A stretch of 64,000 bases of DNA from a candidate division FCPU426 bacterium (GCA_963738405.1 CAVTWJ010000009.1:256001-320000), one strand, 5' to 3'; shown: positions 49,672 through 60,217, counted from the stretch's first letter. Numbers and translations are program-made. The notes: a model not told the origin generated them from the letters alone.

Positions 49672-50772
49672 ATGTCCGAACAGTTCCACGAAATCAAGCG
49701 CCGCAAAACCCGCCCCGTGATGGTGGGCAAGGTCCAAGTCGGGGGAGACGCCCCCATTACCATCCAATCCATGACCAATACCCATACCTATGATGTTCAG
49801 GAAACCATGGACCAGATCAAACGCCTGGAAGACGCGGGCTGCGAGATTATTCGGGTGACGGTCGAGAGCCAGCAATCCCTAAAAGTTTTGGACAAGATCA
49901 AGGCCAAAATGCGGGTTCCCCTGGTGGCCGACATCCATTTCGCCTATGGCATCGCCCTGGGCGCGGTGGACGCTGGGGCGGATAAAATACGCATTAACCC
50001 CGGCAATATCGGAGGGATGGATCGTTTGGCCCAGGTGGTAGAAAAATGCAAAAAGCACCATGTGGCTATGAGGGTCGGGGTGAATTCCGGCTCTTTAGAA
50101 AAGGACCTACTGGAAAAGCACGGGCATCCCACGCCCGCAGCCATCGTGGAATCGGCCATGCGCCATATTCATTTCATCGAGTCCCTGGGCTACCACGACA
50201 TGATCATCTCCGTTAAAAGCTCCCACGTGCCCACCATGATCGAGTCTTACCGCTTGCTGGCCAAGGAATGCGATTATCCGTTCCACGTCGGAGTTACCGA
50301 GGCTGGCACCAAGATGCAGGGCATTACCAAAAGCGCCGCCGGAATCGGGGCGGTTTTGGCCGATGGTCTGGGCGACACCATAAGAGTTTCACTCACTGCC
50401 GACCCGGTCGAGGAAGTGAAGGTTGCCACCCATTTGCTACGCTCCATGGGCTTCCGCAAGGAAGGCGTGGATATCGTGGCCTGCCCCACCTGCGGGCGCT
50501 GTCACGTGGATTTGGAATCGATGGTAGACGCGGTAGAAACCGCCACCCTCACCATGAAGACCCCCATGCGGGTGGCCATCATGGGCTGCGTGGTGAACGG
50601 CTTGGGCGAGGGCGCCGAGGCGGACCTTGGCATTTGCTCCGAGAAGGGCCACGGAGTCATCATCGAAAAGGGCGAGATCAAAACCCGTCTGAAGGAAGAG
50701 GAGCTGGTGCCCCACTTGATCGGCGAGATCAAGAAAAGGGCCGCGGAGATGGAAAAAGCCAAGACTTCCTAA
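49672..50772 (+). CDS. ispG: (E)-4-hydroxy-3-methylbut-2-enyl-diphosphate synthase
   Basis: IQSMTNT, VADIHF, RINPGNIG, HVGVTEAG, CPTCGRC, MGCVVNG. Confidence 0.98.
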   Translation: MSEQFHEIKRRKTRPVMVGKVQVGGDAPITIQSMTNTHTYDVQETMDQIKRLEDAGCEIIRVTVESQQSLKVLDKIKAKMRVPLVADIHFAYGIALGAVDAGADKIRINPGNIGGMDRLAQVVEKCKKHHVAMRVGVNSGSLEKDLLEKHGHPTPAAIVESAMRHIHFIESLGYHDMIISVKSSHVPTMIESYRLLAKECDYPFHVGVTEAGTKMQGITKSAAGIGAVLADGLGDTIRVSLTADPVEEVKVATHLLRSMGFRKEGVDIVACPTCGRCHVDLESMVDAVETATLTMKTPMRVAIMGCVVNGLGEGAEADLGICSEKGHGVIIEKGEIKTRLKEEELVPHLIGEIKKRAAEMEKAKTS

Positions 50773-50803
50773 ATACAGTTTTTCCGGTTATATTGCTTCC
50801 ACA

Positions 50804-50833
50804 AAAGGGGCGGGCCGATAGGCTCGCCCCTTT
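50804..50833 (+). terminator. Hairpin / probable terminator between ispG and proS
   Basis: AAAGGGGCGGGCC-GATA-GGCTCGCCCCTTT. Confidence 0.6.
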
Positions 50834-50869
50834 CGTTATCCGAGCCCTTATTTCAACTGAGGTTTTTTC

Positions 50870-52600
50870 ATGCGAGTGTCCCAGGCCCTGATCCCCACTG
50901 TCAAAGAAACGCCCGGCGAGGCGGAAATCCCCTCCCACAAGCTGATGCTTCGCGCGGGGCTGATGCGAAAAGTCGCCTCCGGCGTCTATGAGTACCTGCC
51001 CTTAGGGTTCAAGTCCATCTTCAAGGTTTCCAATATCATCCGCGAGGAAATGGCCCGGGCCGGGGCGCAGGAAGTGCTGATGCCCATCATGACTCCCGCC
51101 GAATTGTGGCAGGAAACCGGCCGTTGGCAGAAATACGGCAAGGAACTGATGCGTATTAAGGACCGTCACGAGCGGGATTTCGCCCTGGGCCCCACGCATG
51201 AGGAAGTTATCACCGACCTGGTGCGCCGGGAACTGAAGAGCTACAAGCAATTGCCCCAGAACCTTTTTCAGATCGCCACCAAGTTTCGCGACGAGGTGAG
51301 GCCCCGTTTCGGCGTGATGCGTTCCCGCGAATTTTTGATGAAAGACGGATACTCTTTCGACGTGGATGACGCCGCTTCCGATGTCACCTATTGGAAGATG
51401 TACGAAGCCTACAAGCGTATCTTCAAACGATGCGGGTTGGAATTTACCCCCGTCGAGGCTGATTCGGGCTTGATCGGCGGAAGCTTTACCCACGAGTTTA
51501 TGGTTTTGGCCGATAGCGGGGAAGCCGCCATCGCTTGGTGCCCCGCCTGTTCCTATTCAGCCAACATGGAAAAGGCCACAGGCGTACCTTCGCACTCTCC
51601 TGTTGCCCAAGCTACCCCCGAGGCAGCTGTGGCGGTCGATACCCCCGGCAAGTACACGGTAGAAGATGTCGGCGCGCTGCTCAAGCTGCCACCTTCCCAA
51701 TTCATCAAGACCCTCATCTTCCTCGCCGATGGCAAGCCCGTGGCGGTGCTGGTGCGGGGTGATCATGACGTAAACGAAATTAAGGTGAAGAACGCCTTGG
51801 GGGCCACCGAACTTATATTGGCCCCCGCCGAGAAGGTGATGGAAGTCACCGGAGCCCCTGTGGGATTCGCCGGCCCGGTGGGATTGAAGGGCGTCAAGAT
51901 TTTGGCAGATAACGCATTGAAAGATGGGCACGACTACGTAACCGGGGCCTTGGTCAAGGACAAGCATTTGATCCATGTGGAAATCGCGAGGGATTGCGCC
52001 CCACCCTGGTACAACGACTTTCGGTCGATCTCCGAGGGCGACGGCTGCCCCAAGTGCGGGAAACCCCTGAAGATTGTGCGGGGTATTGAAGTAGGACAGA
52101 CCTTCAAGCTGGGCACCAAATATTCCAAGTCCATGCATTGCGTGTACTTGGATGAGAAGATGCAGGAAAAGGAAGCGGTCATGGGCTGCTACGGCATCGG
52201 CGTGACCCGAACCGTGGGGGCCGCCATTGAACAGCACAACGACGCGGAGGGCATTCTCTGGCCCATTTCTATCGCGCCTTACCAGGTTCATCTGCTTTGC
52301 TTGAACCCCGCAGAGGCCGATGTGGCCAAGGCGGCGGACCAATGTTACGAAGACTTAATGAAGGCGGGTTACGAGGTTCTTTATGATGACCGCCCAGACG
52401 CCACCGCTGGGTTCAAATTTAAGGACGCCGATCTGCTGGGTATGCCCCTGTCCGTCCGAGTTGGTTCCCGGGGTCTCAAGGAAGGTTTGATCGAGGTGAA
52501 ACGCCGCCGGGAAAAAGAGCCCGTCAAGGTACCCGTCGCGCAGGTGTTGGAGAAGGTGAAAGAATTCGCCGCTGAAGAATGGAAACTCTGCACGCCTTAA
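50870..52600 (+). CDS. proS: Proline--tRNA ligase (bacterial type with editing domain)
   Basis: GPTHEE, KFRDEVRPRFG.MR.REF.MKD.YSF, GIEVG, MGCYGIG; INS domain present. Confidence 0.98.
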   Translation: MRVSQALIPTVKETPGEAEIPSHKLMLRAGLMRKVASGVYEYLPLGFKSIFKVSNIIREEMARAGAQEVLMPIMTPAELWQETGRWQKYGKELMRIKDRHERDFALGPTHEEVITDLVRRELKSYKQLPQNLFQIATKFRDEVRPRFGVMRSREFLMKDGYSFDVDDAASDVTYWKMYEAYKRIFKRCGLEFTPVEADSGLIGGSFTHEFMVLADSGEAAIAWCPACSYSANMEKATGVPSHSPVAQATPEAAVAVDTPGKYTVEDVGALLKLPPSQFIKTLIFLADGKPVAVLVRGDHDVNEIKVKNALGATELILAPAEKVMEVTGAPVGFAGPVGLKGVKILADNALKDGHDYVTGALVKDKHLIHVEIARDCAPPWYNDFRSISEGDGCPKCGKPLKIVRGIEVGQTFKLGTKYSKSMHCVYLDEKMQEKEAVMGCYGIGVTRTVGAAIEQHNDAEGILWPISIAPYQVHLLCLNPAEADVAKAADQCYEDLMKAGYEVLYDDRPDATAGFKFKDADLLGMPLSVRVGSRGLKEGLIEVKRRREKEPVKVPVAQVLEKVKEFAAEEWKLCTP

Positions 52601-52638
52601 ACCGGCATTTTGATGACAATTCAAGTTAAGGAAAGTTC

Positions 52639-53793
52639 TTGAAGATCGCCCTGGTGACCGACACCTATTTCCCCCGCATTAACGGAGTTTCCACCTCCAC
52701 CCAAATTTTTGCCGATGAATTTACCAAGTTGGGACACGAGGTTCATATCTACGGCCCGGCCTTTCCCAACCATGTGGATGAGGGCCTGCCCTATAAGGTG
52801 CACCGCTTCCCCTCCTGGTACCTCTTCTTTGACCCAGAGGACCGGCTTCCCCGACCCAACGCCGATAAGAAACTGATCCAGCAGTTCATCGACTCGAAAT
52901 TCGACATCGTCCATACCCAAACCCCCTTCAGCTTAGGGCAGCCGGCCGTCCAATGGGCCCGCCAGTCGGGAGCCAAAGTGGTGCATACCTACCATACCCT
53001 CTTCGCGGCTTACGCCGAGCATTACCTTTGGTTTTTGCCCAAGTGGCTCAGCGTCTGGTACGCCAAATACGCCAGCCGTACCTATTGTGATTCCTGCGAT
53101 CTCATCATTACGCCCTCCAGCGAAATGAAAAATGTGCTCTCCAGCTATAACGTGGCGAAGCCGATTGAGGTGATTCCCACCGGCATCCGGCTGGATCGGT
53201 TTGTAGGGAAGGATGAATACCGTTACCGCGAGGCCCAGGGCTACAAGAAGGAAGACAAGGTGCTTTTGTTTATGGGCCGGGTGGCCGAGGAAAAGAATAT
53301 CGACTTCCTGCTAGAGGTTTTTGAGGAATTGGTACCGAAAGTTCCTAATGTAAGGTTTCTCATCGCCGGGGAAGGGGCCGCCAAAAAGAGACTGGAAAAG
53401 ATGGTCGAGGAAAAGCACCTCACGAGCCTTGTGAATTTTGCCGGATACCTAACCAAGAATGACTGGCGGGATTGTTATGCGGGCGCCGACTTGTTTGTTT
53501 TCGCCTCTGTCACCGAGACCCAGGGGCTGGTGATCAGCGAGGCCATGGCGGGCGGCACCCCCGTGGTGGCGGTGGGAGAGATGGGGGTCAAGGACGTGAT
53601 GGCTTCCGGCAAGGGCGGCATTATGACCCGGTTAGACAAGAAGGAATTCTACGACGCGGTTTACCGCATGCTCACCGACGAGGCTTTTTATAAGTCCAAG
53701 GAATCGGAAACCATTGCTGAGGCCGAGAATTGGTCCTCGACCGCCATGGCGAAAAGAATGATTGAGGCCTACGAACGGATATTGAAGGTCTGA
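52639..53793 (+). CDS. GT4 glycosyltransferase (diacylglycerol glucosyltransferase-like)
   Basis: TDTYFPRINGVSTS, HTYHT, GRVAEEKNI, FASVTETQGLVISEAMA. Confidence 0.9.
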   Translation: MKIALVTDTYFPRINGVSTSTQIFADEFTKLGHEVHIYGPAFPNHVDEGLPYKVHRFPSWYLFFDPEDRLPRPNADKKLIQQFIDSKFDIVHTQTPFSLGQPAVQWARQSGAKVVHTYHTLFAAYAEHYLWFLPKWLSVWYAKYASRTYCDSCDLIITPSSEMKNVLSSYNVAKPIEVIPTGIRLDRFVGKDEYRYREAQGYKKEDKVLLFMGRVAEEKNIDFLLEVFEELVPKVPNVRFLIAGEGAAKKRLEKMVEEKHLTSLVNFAGYLTKNDWRDCYAGADLFVFASVTETQGLVISEAMAGGTPVVAVGEMGVKDVMASGKGGIMTRLDKKEFYDAVYRMLTDEAFYKSKESETIAEAENWSSTAMAKRMIEAYERILKV

Positions 53794-53829
53794 GGTTTTG
53801 TTCCTTATTGCTTGGAACCCTTTCACCCA

Positions 53830-54666
53830 CCCGTTAACATGATTCGAAATATGAAATATTCCACTCTATTCACAGCGCTATTTGTCCTTTTACTAAATAT
53901 CCATTTAACGGTCCGGGCGGATGCGGAACTCTGGTCTTTTCTTCCCGGAACCCCTTTGTTTTCACCCCTGATCGCCGACCCAAGGGAACCCCAAACGGGC
54001 GTGATTGGCTACCTCTCCCAAAGCCGTTATGAGGGGGAAGTGGGGTCTTTTGTTGAGTTTTTGCGGTACTCCCCACCCGATGAAAGCCAATGGGGCTGGG
54101 GCATTTTCGGGTCGGGTTACATCCTATTAGACGAAGATGGGGCTACCTTTCCCATGCGGGATGGGGACTGGTACGCGGGGATGTACCTGAGTGAGAAGTC
54201 AGGCAATTTTTCAAGCCGATTTGAGTTTGAACATGAAAGTTCCCATCTAGGAGATTCCCTCCAGGGGATTCAGGACCCTATCTTTGTCAGCCGGGAAAAT
54301 TTCAACCTGACCCTTTCCTATATGGAAGCGGGGTTCTACCGCCTCTACGGTAAGACGGGTTTTTGGGAAAACATGGCCCCCACGGGTGACGCCTTCTTTG
54401 GCTCCTTCGGCGGGGAGCTTTATTCCCCCTCCCTCACCGAGGGCACCGACCTAAGGTTTTATACGAGTTTGGATTTCACCTACAAGGGCGAGACCGGGGA
54501 CCCGTTTAACAAGAATTGGGAACTGGGCTTGCGGGCCGCTATTGACGCCAAGGGGATCCGGGCGGTTCGGGCGGCGCTGATCTATTACGACGGCTATTCG
54601 GAATTCGGGCAGTTTTATCAAACCACCGACACCCATTGGGGCCTGGGGGTGTTCTTTGATCTCTGA
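53830..54666 (+). CDS. DUF1207-like outer-membrane protein
   Basis: Signal peptide; LFSPLIADPREP, HESSHLGD, YYDGYSEFGQFY; ends GVFFDL. Start approximate (ORF 53812; internal ATGs near 53839/53851). Confidence 0.7.
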   Translation, partial: PVNMIRNMKYSTLFTALFVLLLNIHLTVRADAELWSFLPGTPLFSPLIADPREPQTGVIGYLSQSRYEGEVGSFVEFLRYSPPDESQWGWGIFGSGYILLDEDGATFPMRDGDWYAGMYLSEKSGNFSSRFEFEHESSHLGDSLQGIQDPIFVSRENFNLTLSYMEAGFYRLYGKTGFWENMAPTGDAFFGSFGGELYSPSLTEGTDLRFYTSLDFTYKGETGDPFNKNWELGLRAAIDAKGIRAVRAALIYYDGYSEFGQFYQTTDTHWGLGVFFDL

Positions 54667-54683
54667 AAAAGAAAACAGGCAAC

Positions 54684-54782
54684 TTAGCCATGGATGCATG
54701 GGATACATGGGATTTTTGCGGCATAAAATTAAAAGGCTGTTTTTTTCTTTTAATCCGCGTGAATCCTATTCATCTGTGGTCA
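54684..54782. repeat. CACAGATG/CATGGAT-unit intergenic palindrome
   Basis: TTAGCCATGGATGCATGGGATACATGGGATT ... AATCCGCGTGAATCCTATTCATCTGTGGTCA. Confidence 0.65.
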
Positions 54783-54805
54783 ATGAAAGGTTTGATTTTG
54801 GGGTT

Positions 54806-55636
54806 TTGAACAGCGCTAAAGGTATTCTTTTAGCTGTGGTGATATTGGCGCCTATGGCAGCGTGGTCGGAAGATGTGAAAACTTCCCAACTCAACTTTCT
54901 CCCAGCCGAAACCCTCTTCCATAATCTCATCGGCGACCCAAGGGAACCGCAAAACAGCCTCATCGCGCAAATAGACCAGACCCGGTTCGAGGGCTCCATC
55001 GGCAAATTCATTGAGCTGCTTCAATGGATTCCTGGCGACGGCTCCCAATGGGGGTGGGGCATTGAGGGAGACAGTTTTATTGAGCTAGATTCATTGGGCG
55101 ACGGGGTTTTCCCCGAAAGGGTGAGCGACTGGTATCTGGGTACCTACTTCAGTGAGAAGACGGGCGACCTTTCGCACCGGCTGGAATATCTCCATGTGAG
55201 TTCCCATCTGGGCGATTCGCTATTTGATCAATACACCCGGTTCATCTACACCTGTGAAAGTTTCCGATACACGATGTCCTATTATCCCCTCGCGGACCGC
55301 GTCCGCGTTTACGGCGGGTTGGGTTATTATCCGCACATGGCGCCCGACGATAACCGCCTCTTCGCCCATCTGGGCGCCGAATTTTACACCGCTCCCGGAC
55401 CCTTTCTTTTCGGCACATTCTCGCAGGGTTATTTCACTTACGATCTGAAGATCAAGGGCGAGGCGGGGGGTGTGGCCAACCAGCAATTTGAGCTGGGCCT
55501 GCAATGGAGGGGTAAGGTTGATTCCAACCCGGTGATTCGGATGGCGTTGATGTATTTCAATGGGAACAGCGAATACGGCCAGTTTTACTTGATGCCCGAT
55601 AACCATTGGTCGCTGGGAATCTTCTTCGACCCTTAA
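54806..55636 (+). CDS. DUF1207-like outer-membrane protein (tandem paralog)
   Basis: LFHNLIGDPREP, HVSSHLGD, YFNGNSEYGQFY, GIFFDP; likely TTG start downstream of the palindrome. Confidence 0.7.
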   Translation: MNSAKGILLAVVILAPMAAWSEDVKTSQLNFLPAETLFHNLIGDPREPQNSLIAQIDQTRFEGSIGKFIELLQWIPGDGSQWGWGIEGDSFIELDSLGDGVFPERVSDWYLGTYFSEKTGDLSHRLEYLHVSSHLGDSLFDQYTRFIYTCESFRYTMSYYPLADRVRVYGGLGYYPHMAPDDNRLFAHLGAEFYTAPGPFLFGTFSQGYFTYDLKIKGEAGGVANQQFELGLQWRGKVDSNPVIRMALMYFNGNSEYGQFYLMPDNHWSLGIFFDP

Positions 55637-55843
55637 AAAGTTTTTCCAAATTGAAAGAAAAAAATAAATCTTTAACATTGAGAAAAATTATTTTTTTAGC
55701 CAATTGATTTTCGCCAAGCCCTTCTTTTTCTGATTTAAGAACCCTTTTCCAATATTCTTGACATCCTTCCTACAGGTTGTATATTTCGATTGAACAGGCC
55801 CCAACCCCACGATATCTCCCCTGAATTTAACGCTGGAGGCAGG

Positions 55844-58800
55844 ATGACCCCCGTCAGCAGTTCCTTGTCCAGCGAAACCCAAACTTCCACCTCGCCCTTT
55901 TATGACCTTCTGCAGCAAATCCCCCTTCAATGTTTCGAGAAGGACAGGCTATTAGAATCCGAGCTGATCGGAGTCCAGGTTTACCCGGAAAAGGCCCTAC
56001 TGATCCTGCGCATCAAAATGCCCGCAGCCATACCCGGTGCCACCTACGCGATGCTGAGCCAATACCTCAAAGAAGGCATGCCGGGGGTTCAAAGGGTGGT
56101 TTTGGACGTTCATTACGCCTCTACCGAAGTATCCCTAGTGGATTACCTGGGCGCCCATGAGAAAGACCTGATGTTCTGCCTGACCGAGGAAGCGGACGTG
56201 GCGGAGGGGTGGTTTACCCATTACCGAATGGAACCCCAAGATAACCGCCTCTCCTTTCAGGTTCCCCATGAGCTGGCGCGCCAACAGCTAGACCGCAAGC
56301 AATGCATGAAAGTTCTTTCCGATCTCTTGCAACAGCGCTGCGGTTTTAAAGGCGCGGTGGAGCTTTCCATCAACCCCGATATCCTTCCCCAAGCCGTGGC
56401 CCCGGCCGAGGAAGCACCTTCCGAATACAAGGTTCCCGAACCTCAGAGTGTTTTGATCTTGGGCCGCAAAATTTCCGAGGCTGCCCAATCCATGACGGTG
56501 AGTGACGAACAAAAGGGCTATGTGGTGCAGGGAGAGATCATATCCTTCGACCAGCGGCAGACCCGCACGGGCCGCCACATGATCAAGATGACGGTCACCG
56601 ATTATTCCGACTCCATGGACGTGATCCTGTTCCACGAGAACGACGGCAAGTTCAAGGGCGGCATTAAAGAAAGGGACTGGGTAAAGGTGCGGGGCGACTT
56701 GCGTTTCGACAGCCGGGACCCGAACGAGATGTTGTTAAATGTCCGCGACATCGTGAAGATTCCGGCGCCTGAAACCCGCATGGACCGAGCCGCTGAGAAG
56801 CGCGTGGAGCTTCACTGCCATACCCAAATGAGCCGTATGGACGGACTTTCCAAGATCGACCGCCTCATTGAGACCGCCGCCAAGTGGGGTCACAAGGCCA
56901 TCGCCATCACTGACCACGGCGTGGTGCAGGCCTACCCGGAAGCCAGCGCGGTGGCGAAGAAGAACAAGATCAAATTGATTTTGGGCATGGAAGGCTACCT
57001 GGTCGATGAGTTCAAACGCGAAAAGGGCATGCCCATCTACCACATCATTCTTCTGGTGAAGAACCGGGTGGGACTGAAAAACCTATATAAATTGGTGTCT
57101 GAAAGCCACTTAAGAAACTTCTATAAAAGGCCCCTGATTCCCCGGGAACTTTTGAAACAGCATCGGGAAGGGCTGGTGTTGGGATCGGCCTGTGAACAAG
57201 GCGAGGTTTGGCAGACCCTGCTTCACGGGGGAAGGCCCCTGGAAGAAGTGGCCGACTTTTACGACTATGTCGAGATTCAGCCCTGCGCTAATAACGAGTT
57301 CATGATCCAAGACGGCATCGTAAAAAGCCTAGAAGAGCTTCAGGCCCATACACGAACCCTTTTTGATGTGGGGAAAAAGCTGGGCAAACCGGTGGTGGCC
57401 ACGGGCGATTCGCATTTCATTGAGCCTCGGGATGACGTGTACCGCAAGATCATTCATGCCGGCATGGGCTACGGTCTGGAACGCCAAGCGCCGCTTTATT
57501 TCAAGACCACCGACGAATTGAAAAAAGATTTTGAATATTTTGGCGAGGAAACCGCCCACGAGCTGGTAGTGACCAACCCAGGCAAGATCGCCGACATGAT
57601 TGAAGAAGTAGAGCCCCTGCCCACCCAGACTCTATCCCCCATGTGGGAGGGCGCGGACGAGTTGTTGCGGGAAACTTCCACAAAAGAAGCTCATCGCTTA
57701 TATGGGGAAACCCTCCCGGCCTTTATTGAACAGCGCCTCAAAAAAGAACTCGACGCCATCATCAACAACAAATTCTCCACCCTCTATGTGATCGCCATGA
57801 AGCTGGTGAAAAAATCCCTCTCTGACGGCTATATCGTGGGAAGCCGGGGAAGCGTGGGATCCTCCTTCGTGGCTTTCTTGAGCGGCATCACCGAGGTGAA
57901 TCCGCTTCCGCCCCACTACCGCTGCGAGGCCTGCCAGGTGAACGAGTTTCCCGCCAACCCCGTCTCCATGGCGGGCGTGGACATGGTGGTCAAGGACTGC
58001 CCCCAATGCGCCAAGCCCATGGTTCGGGACGGTTTTTCCATCGCCTTCGAGGTCTTCATGGGTTTCAAGGGCGACAAGATGCCCGATATTGACCTGAACT
58101 TTTCCGGCGAGTACCAGCATGTGGCGCACAAGTATGTGGAAGAACTGTTCGGCAAGGAACACTGCTTCCGTGCGGGCACCATCTCGGCGGTGCAGGATAA
58201 GATCGCCTTCGGCTTCGTGAAAAAATTCGTGGAGCAGGCGGGCCGTACCACAAGAAACGCAGAACTGAACCGGCTGGTAAAGGGTTGTTCGGGCGTTTCA
58301 AAAACCACGGGTCAGCATCCCGGTGGGATCATCATCCTTCCCAAAGATATGGAAATCACCGACGTCTGCCCTGTGCAATACCCAGCGGATAATAAAGATG
58401 GCGATATCATCACCACGCATTTTGATTTCAGCTCCATGCACGACTGCTTGGTGAAGCTCGACATTCTCGGTCATGACAATCCCACCAGCCTGAAGCGCCT
58501 AGAAAATATGACAGGTATTTCGGCCCTGGGGATTCCCTTAAACGATGAAAAGACCATGAGTCTTTTCTCCGGCGTAAAGGCCCTTGGATTGAAAGAGAAA
58601 ATCGAGAAAGACTTAGGAACTCTTGGTGTTCCCGAATTCGGCACCAACTTTGCCATGGACATGTTGCGGGACACCCGCCCCACCCGCTTTGAGCATCTGG
58701 TGAGGCTTTCGGGACTTGCCCACGGAACGGATGTCTGGCTGGGCAACGCCCAAGACCTCATCAAAAAGGGAACGGCCACGCTTTCGACGGTCATTTCCAC

Positions 58801-59509
58801 CCGCGACGACATGTTGAACGACCTCATGGCCCGTGGCATGGACTCCGCCCTAGCCTTCAAGGTGATGGAAGACGTACGCAAGGGCAAGGGGTTGAAGCCT
58901 GAGTACGAGCAGACCATGATGTCGGTCAAGACGCCCGGCTGGTACATCGACAGCTGTAAGAAGATTAAATACATCTTCCCCAAGGCCCATGCGGTGGCCT
59001 ACTGCATCATGAGTTTCCGCATCGCTTGGTTTAAGGCCCACCAACCCCTGGCCTTTTACGCCGATTATTTCACCAACAAGGCATTTGGCTTTGACGCTAC
59101 CGTGGCCTGCGACGGCCTGGGACGGGTGCGTGACCGCATCAAGCTGATCCGTTCTATCGAGAAACCCTCCAACAAGGAACTGGACGAGGCATCGGTTTTG
59201 GAAGTGGTGGAAGAAACCTATGCACGGGGCTTCCGGTTCCTGCCCGTGGACCTTTATAAGTCCGACGCGCGCCAGTTCTTAATTCATGAAAGCCAAGGTG
59301 AAAAGATGCTCCGCCCCCCCTTGATCGGGCTTCCGGGGTTGGGAGATACGGCGGCCGATTGGATCGTGTTAGAAAGGGAGAAGGGTCCCTTTACCTCCAT
59401 TGAGGAAATTCAAGAACGCTGCGGGGTCAATAAAAACGTGTTGGAAATCCTGAAAGGCCATGGATGCCTGAAGGATATGCCTGATTCTAAACAGGTTTCT
59501 CTTTTTTAG
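55844..59509 (+). CDS. polC: DNA polymerase III PolC-type alpha subunit lacking the DEDDh exonuclease domain
   Basis: N-terminal domain, OB fold, PHP (RVELHCHTQMS, TDH, GMEGY, TGDSH), VGSRGSVGSS, NPLPPHYRC Zn finger, PDIDLNFSG, TTGQHPGG, KLDILGHD; TTGACA...TATATT promoter at 55758-55785. Confidence 0.95.
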   Translation: MTPVSSSLSSETQTSTSPFYDLLQQIPLQCFEKDRLLESELIGVQVYPEKALLILRIKMPAAIPGATYAMLSQYLKEGMPGVQRVVLDVHYASTEVSLVDYLGAHEKDLMFCLTEEADVAEGWFTHYRMEPQDNRLSFQVPHELARQQLDRKQCMKVLSDLLQQRCGFKGAVELSINPDILPQAVAPAEEAPSEYKVPEPQSVLILGRKISEAAQSMTVSDEQKGYVVQGEIISFDQRQTRTGRHMIKMTVTDYSDSMDVILFHENDGKFKGGIKERDWVKVRGDLRFDSRDPNEMLLNVRDIVKIPAPETRMDRAAEKRVELHCHTQMSRMDGLSKIDRLIETAAKWGHKAIAITDHGVVQAYPEASAVAKKNKIKLILGMEGYLVDEFKREKGMPIYHIILLVKNRVGLKNLYKLVSESHLRNFYKRPLIPRELLKQHREGLVLGSACEQGEVWQTLLHGGRPLEEVADFYDYVEIQPCANNEFMIQDGIVKSLEELQAHTRTLFDVGKKLGKPVVATGDSHFIEPRDDVYRKIIHAGMGYGLERQAPLYFKTTDELKKDFEYFGEETAHELVVTNPGKIADMIEEVEPLPTQTLSPMWEGADELLRETSTKEAHRLYGETLPAFIEQRLKKELDAIINNKFSTLYVIAMKLVKKSLSDGYIVGSRGSVGSSFVAFLSGITEVNPLPPHYRCEACQVNEFPANPVSMAGVDMVVKDCPQCAKPMVRDGFSIAFEVFMGFKGDKMPDIDLNFSGEYQHVAHKYVEELFGKEHCFRAGTISAVQDKIAFGFVKKFVEQAGRTTRNAELNRLVKGCSGVSKTTGQHPGGIIILPKDMEITDVCPVQYPADNKDGDIITTHFDFSSMHDCLVKLDILGHDNPTSLKRLENMTGISALGIPLNDEKTMSLFSGVKALGLKEKIEKDLGTLGVPEFGTNFAMDMLRDTRPTRFEHLVRLSGLAHGTDVWLGNAQDLIKKGTATLSTVISTRDDMLNDLMARGMDSALAFKVMEDVRKGKGLKPEYEQTMMSVKTPGWYIDSCKKIKYIFPKAHAVAYCIMSFRIAWFKAHQPLAFYADYFTNKAFGFDATVACDGLGRVRDRIKLIRSIEKPSNKELDEASVLEVVEETYARGFRFLPVDLYKSDARQFLIHESQGEKMLRPPLIGLPGLGDTAADWIVLEREKGPFTSIEEIQERCGVNKNVLEILKGHGCLKDMPDSKQVSLF

Positions 59510-59634
59510 CGGGTTCCTTACCTAGTTTCCCCATCCTTCCTCAAGAGGGGCGGCCTTCCAGGGCCCTTTCTCCTTGCGAAAACCCCTTGATTTTGATAAA
59601 ACAACTACGCAATTTTAAGGCTGACCCCCAAGAA

Positions 59635-59663
59635 GTGGGCCCTTTAACGGCCTGCTTTTTTTT
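59635..59663 (+). promoter_or_regulatory. rimP-leader-like attenuator hairpin
   Basis: GTGGGCC-CTTTAAC-GGCCTGC-TTTTTTTT upstream of rimP-nusA-infB. Confidence 0.6.
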
Positions 59664-59743
59664 CTTATTTTCTAGGGAAATGACTCGAAATTGCGCACCC
59701 AAACGGCCGAAAGGCCGTTCGTCGTTTATGGGCGAGGTGATCC

Positions 59744-60217
59744 ATGGGGTTTCCAGACCCGGTTCAATTAAGGCAGCTTCGAGAGATCGCCGAAGCGGTG
59801 GTGAAAGACAATTTTCTGGAGCTTTTCGACCTGGGCGTTAGGTCCCAGGCGGGAAAAACCCTGCTTTCAGTGGTTTTAGACAAGCCGGCGGGCCGGGTGA
59901 GTTTGCAGGAATGCGTGGCGGTGAGCGGGGAGCTGGAAAAGCGCCTCGACGAGCTGGATGTGATGTCGGGAGCCTATCTTCTGGAGGTGTCGTCGCCCGG
60001 CATGGATAGGCCGTTAAGGCATGGCGCCGATTACGCCCGTTTTGAGGGCCGATTGGCGAAGGTGACGCTGAACCAGCCCCTGGAGGGGTTGGTGAGTTTT
60101 GAAGGCCGAATCGGTGATTTGAGTCCGGAGGGTGTTTTGATCCGGATGGGCAAGGAAAGAACCCTTCGGGTTCCCCTTTCCCAGATTAAGGCCGCGCGGC
60201 TGGTGGTGGAGCTTTAA
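59744..60217 (+). CDS. rimP: Ribosome maturation factor RimP
   Basis: ECVAVS..L..LD, YLLEVSSPG.DRPL; precedes nusA. Confidence 0.95.
   Translation: MGFPDPVQLRQLREIAEAVVKDNFLELFDLGVRSQAGKTLLSVVLDKPAGRVSLQECVAVSGELEKRLDELDVMSGAYLLEVSSPGMDRPLRHGADYARFEGRLAKVTLNQPLEGLVSFEGRIGDLSPEGVLIRMGKERTLRVPLSQIKAARLVVEL

Noticed and set aside
54656..54805. N-terminal extension of the second DUF1207-like ORF
   Set aside because: Runs through an intergenic palindrome; the signal peptide begins near 54806.
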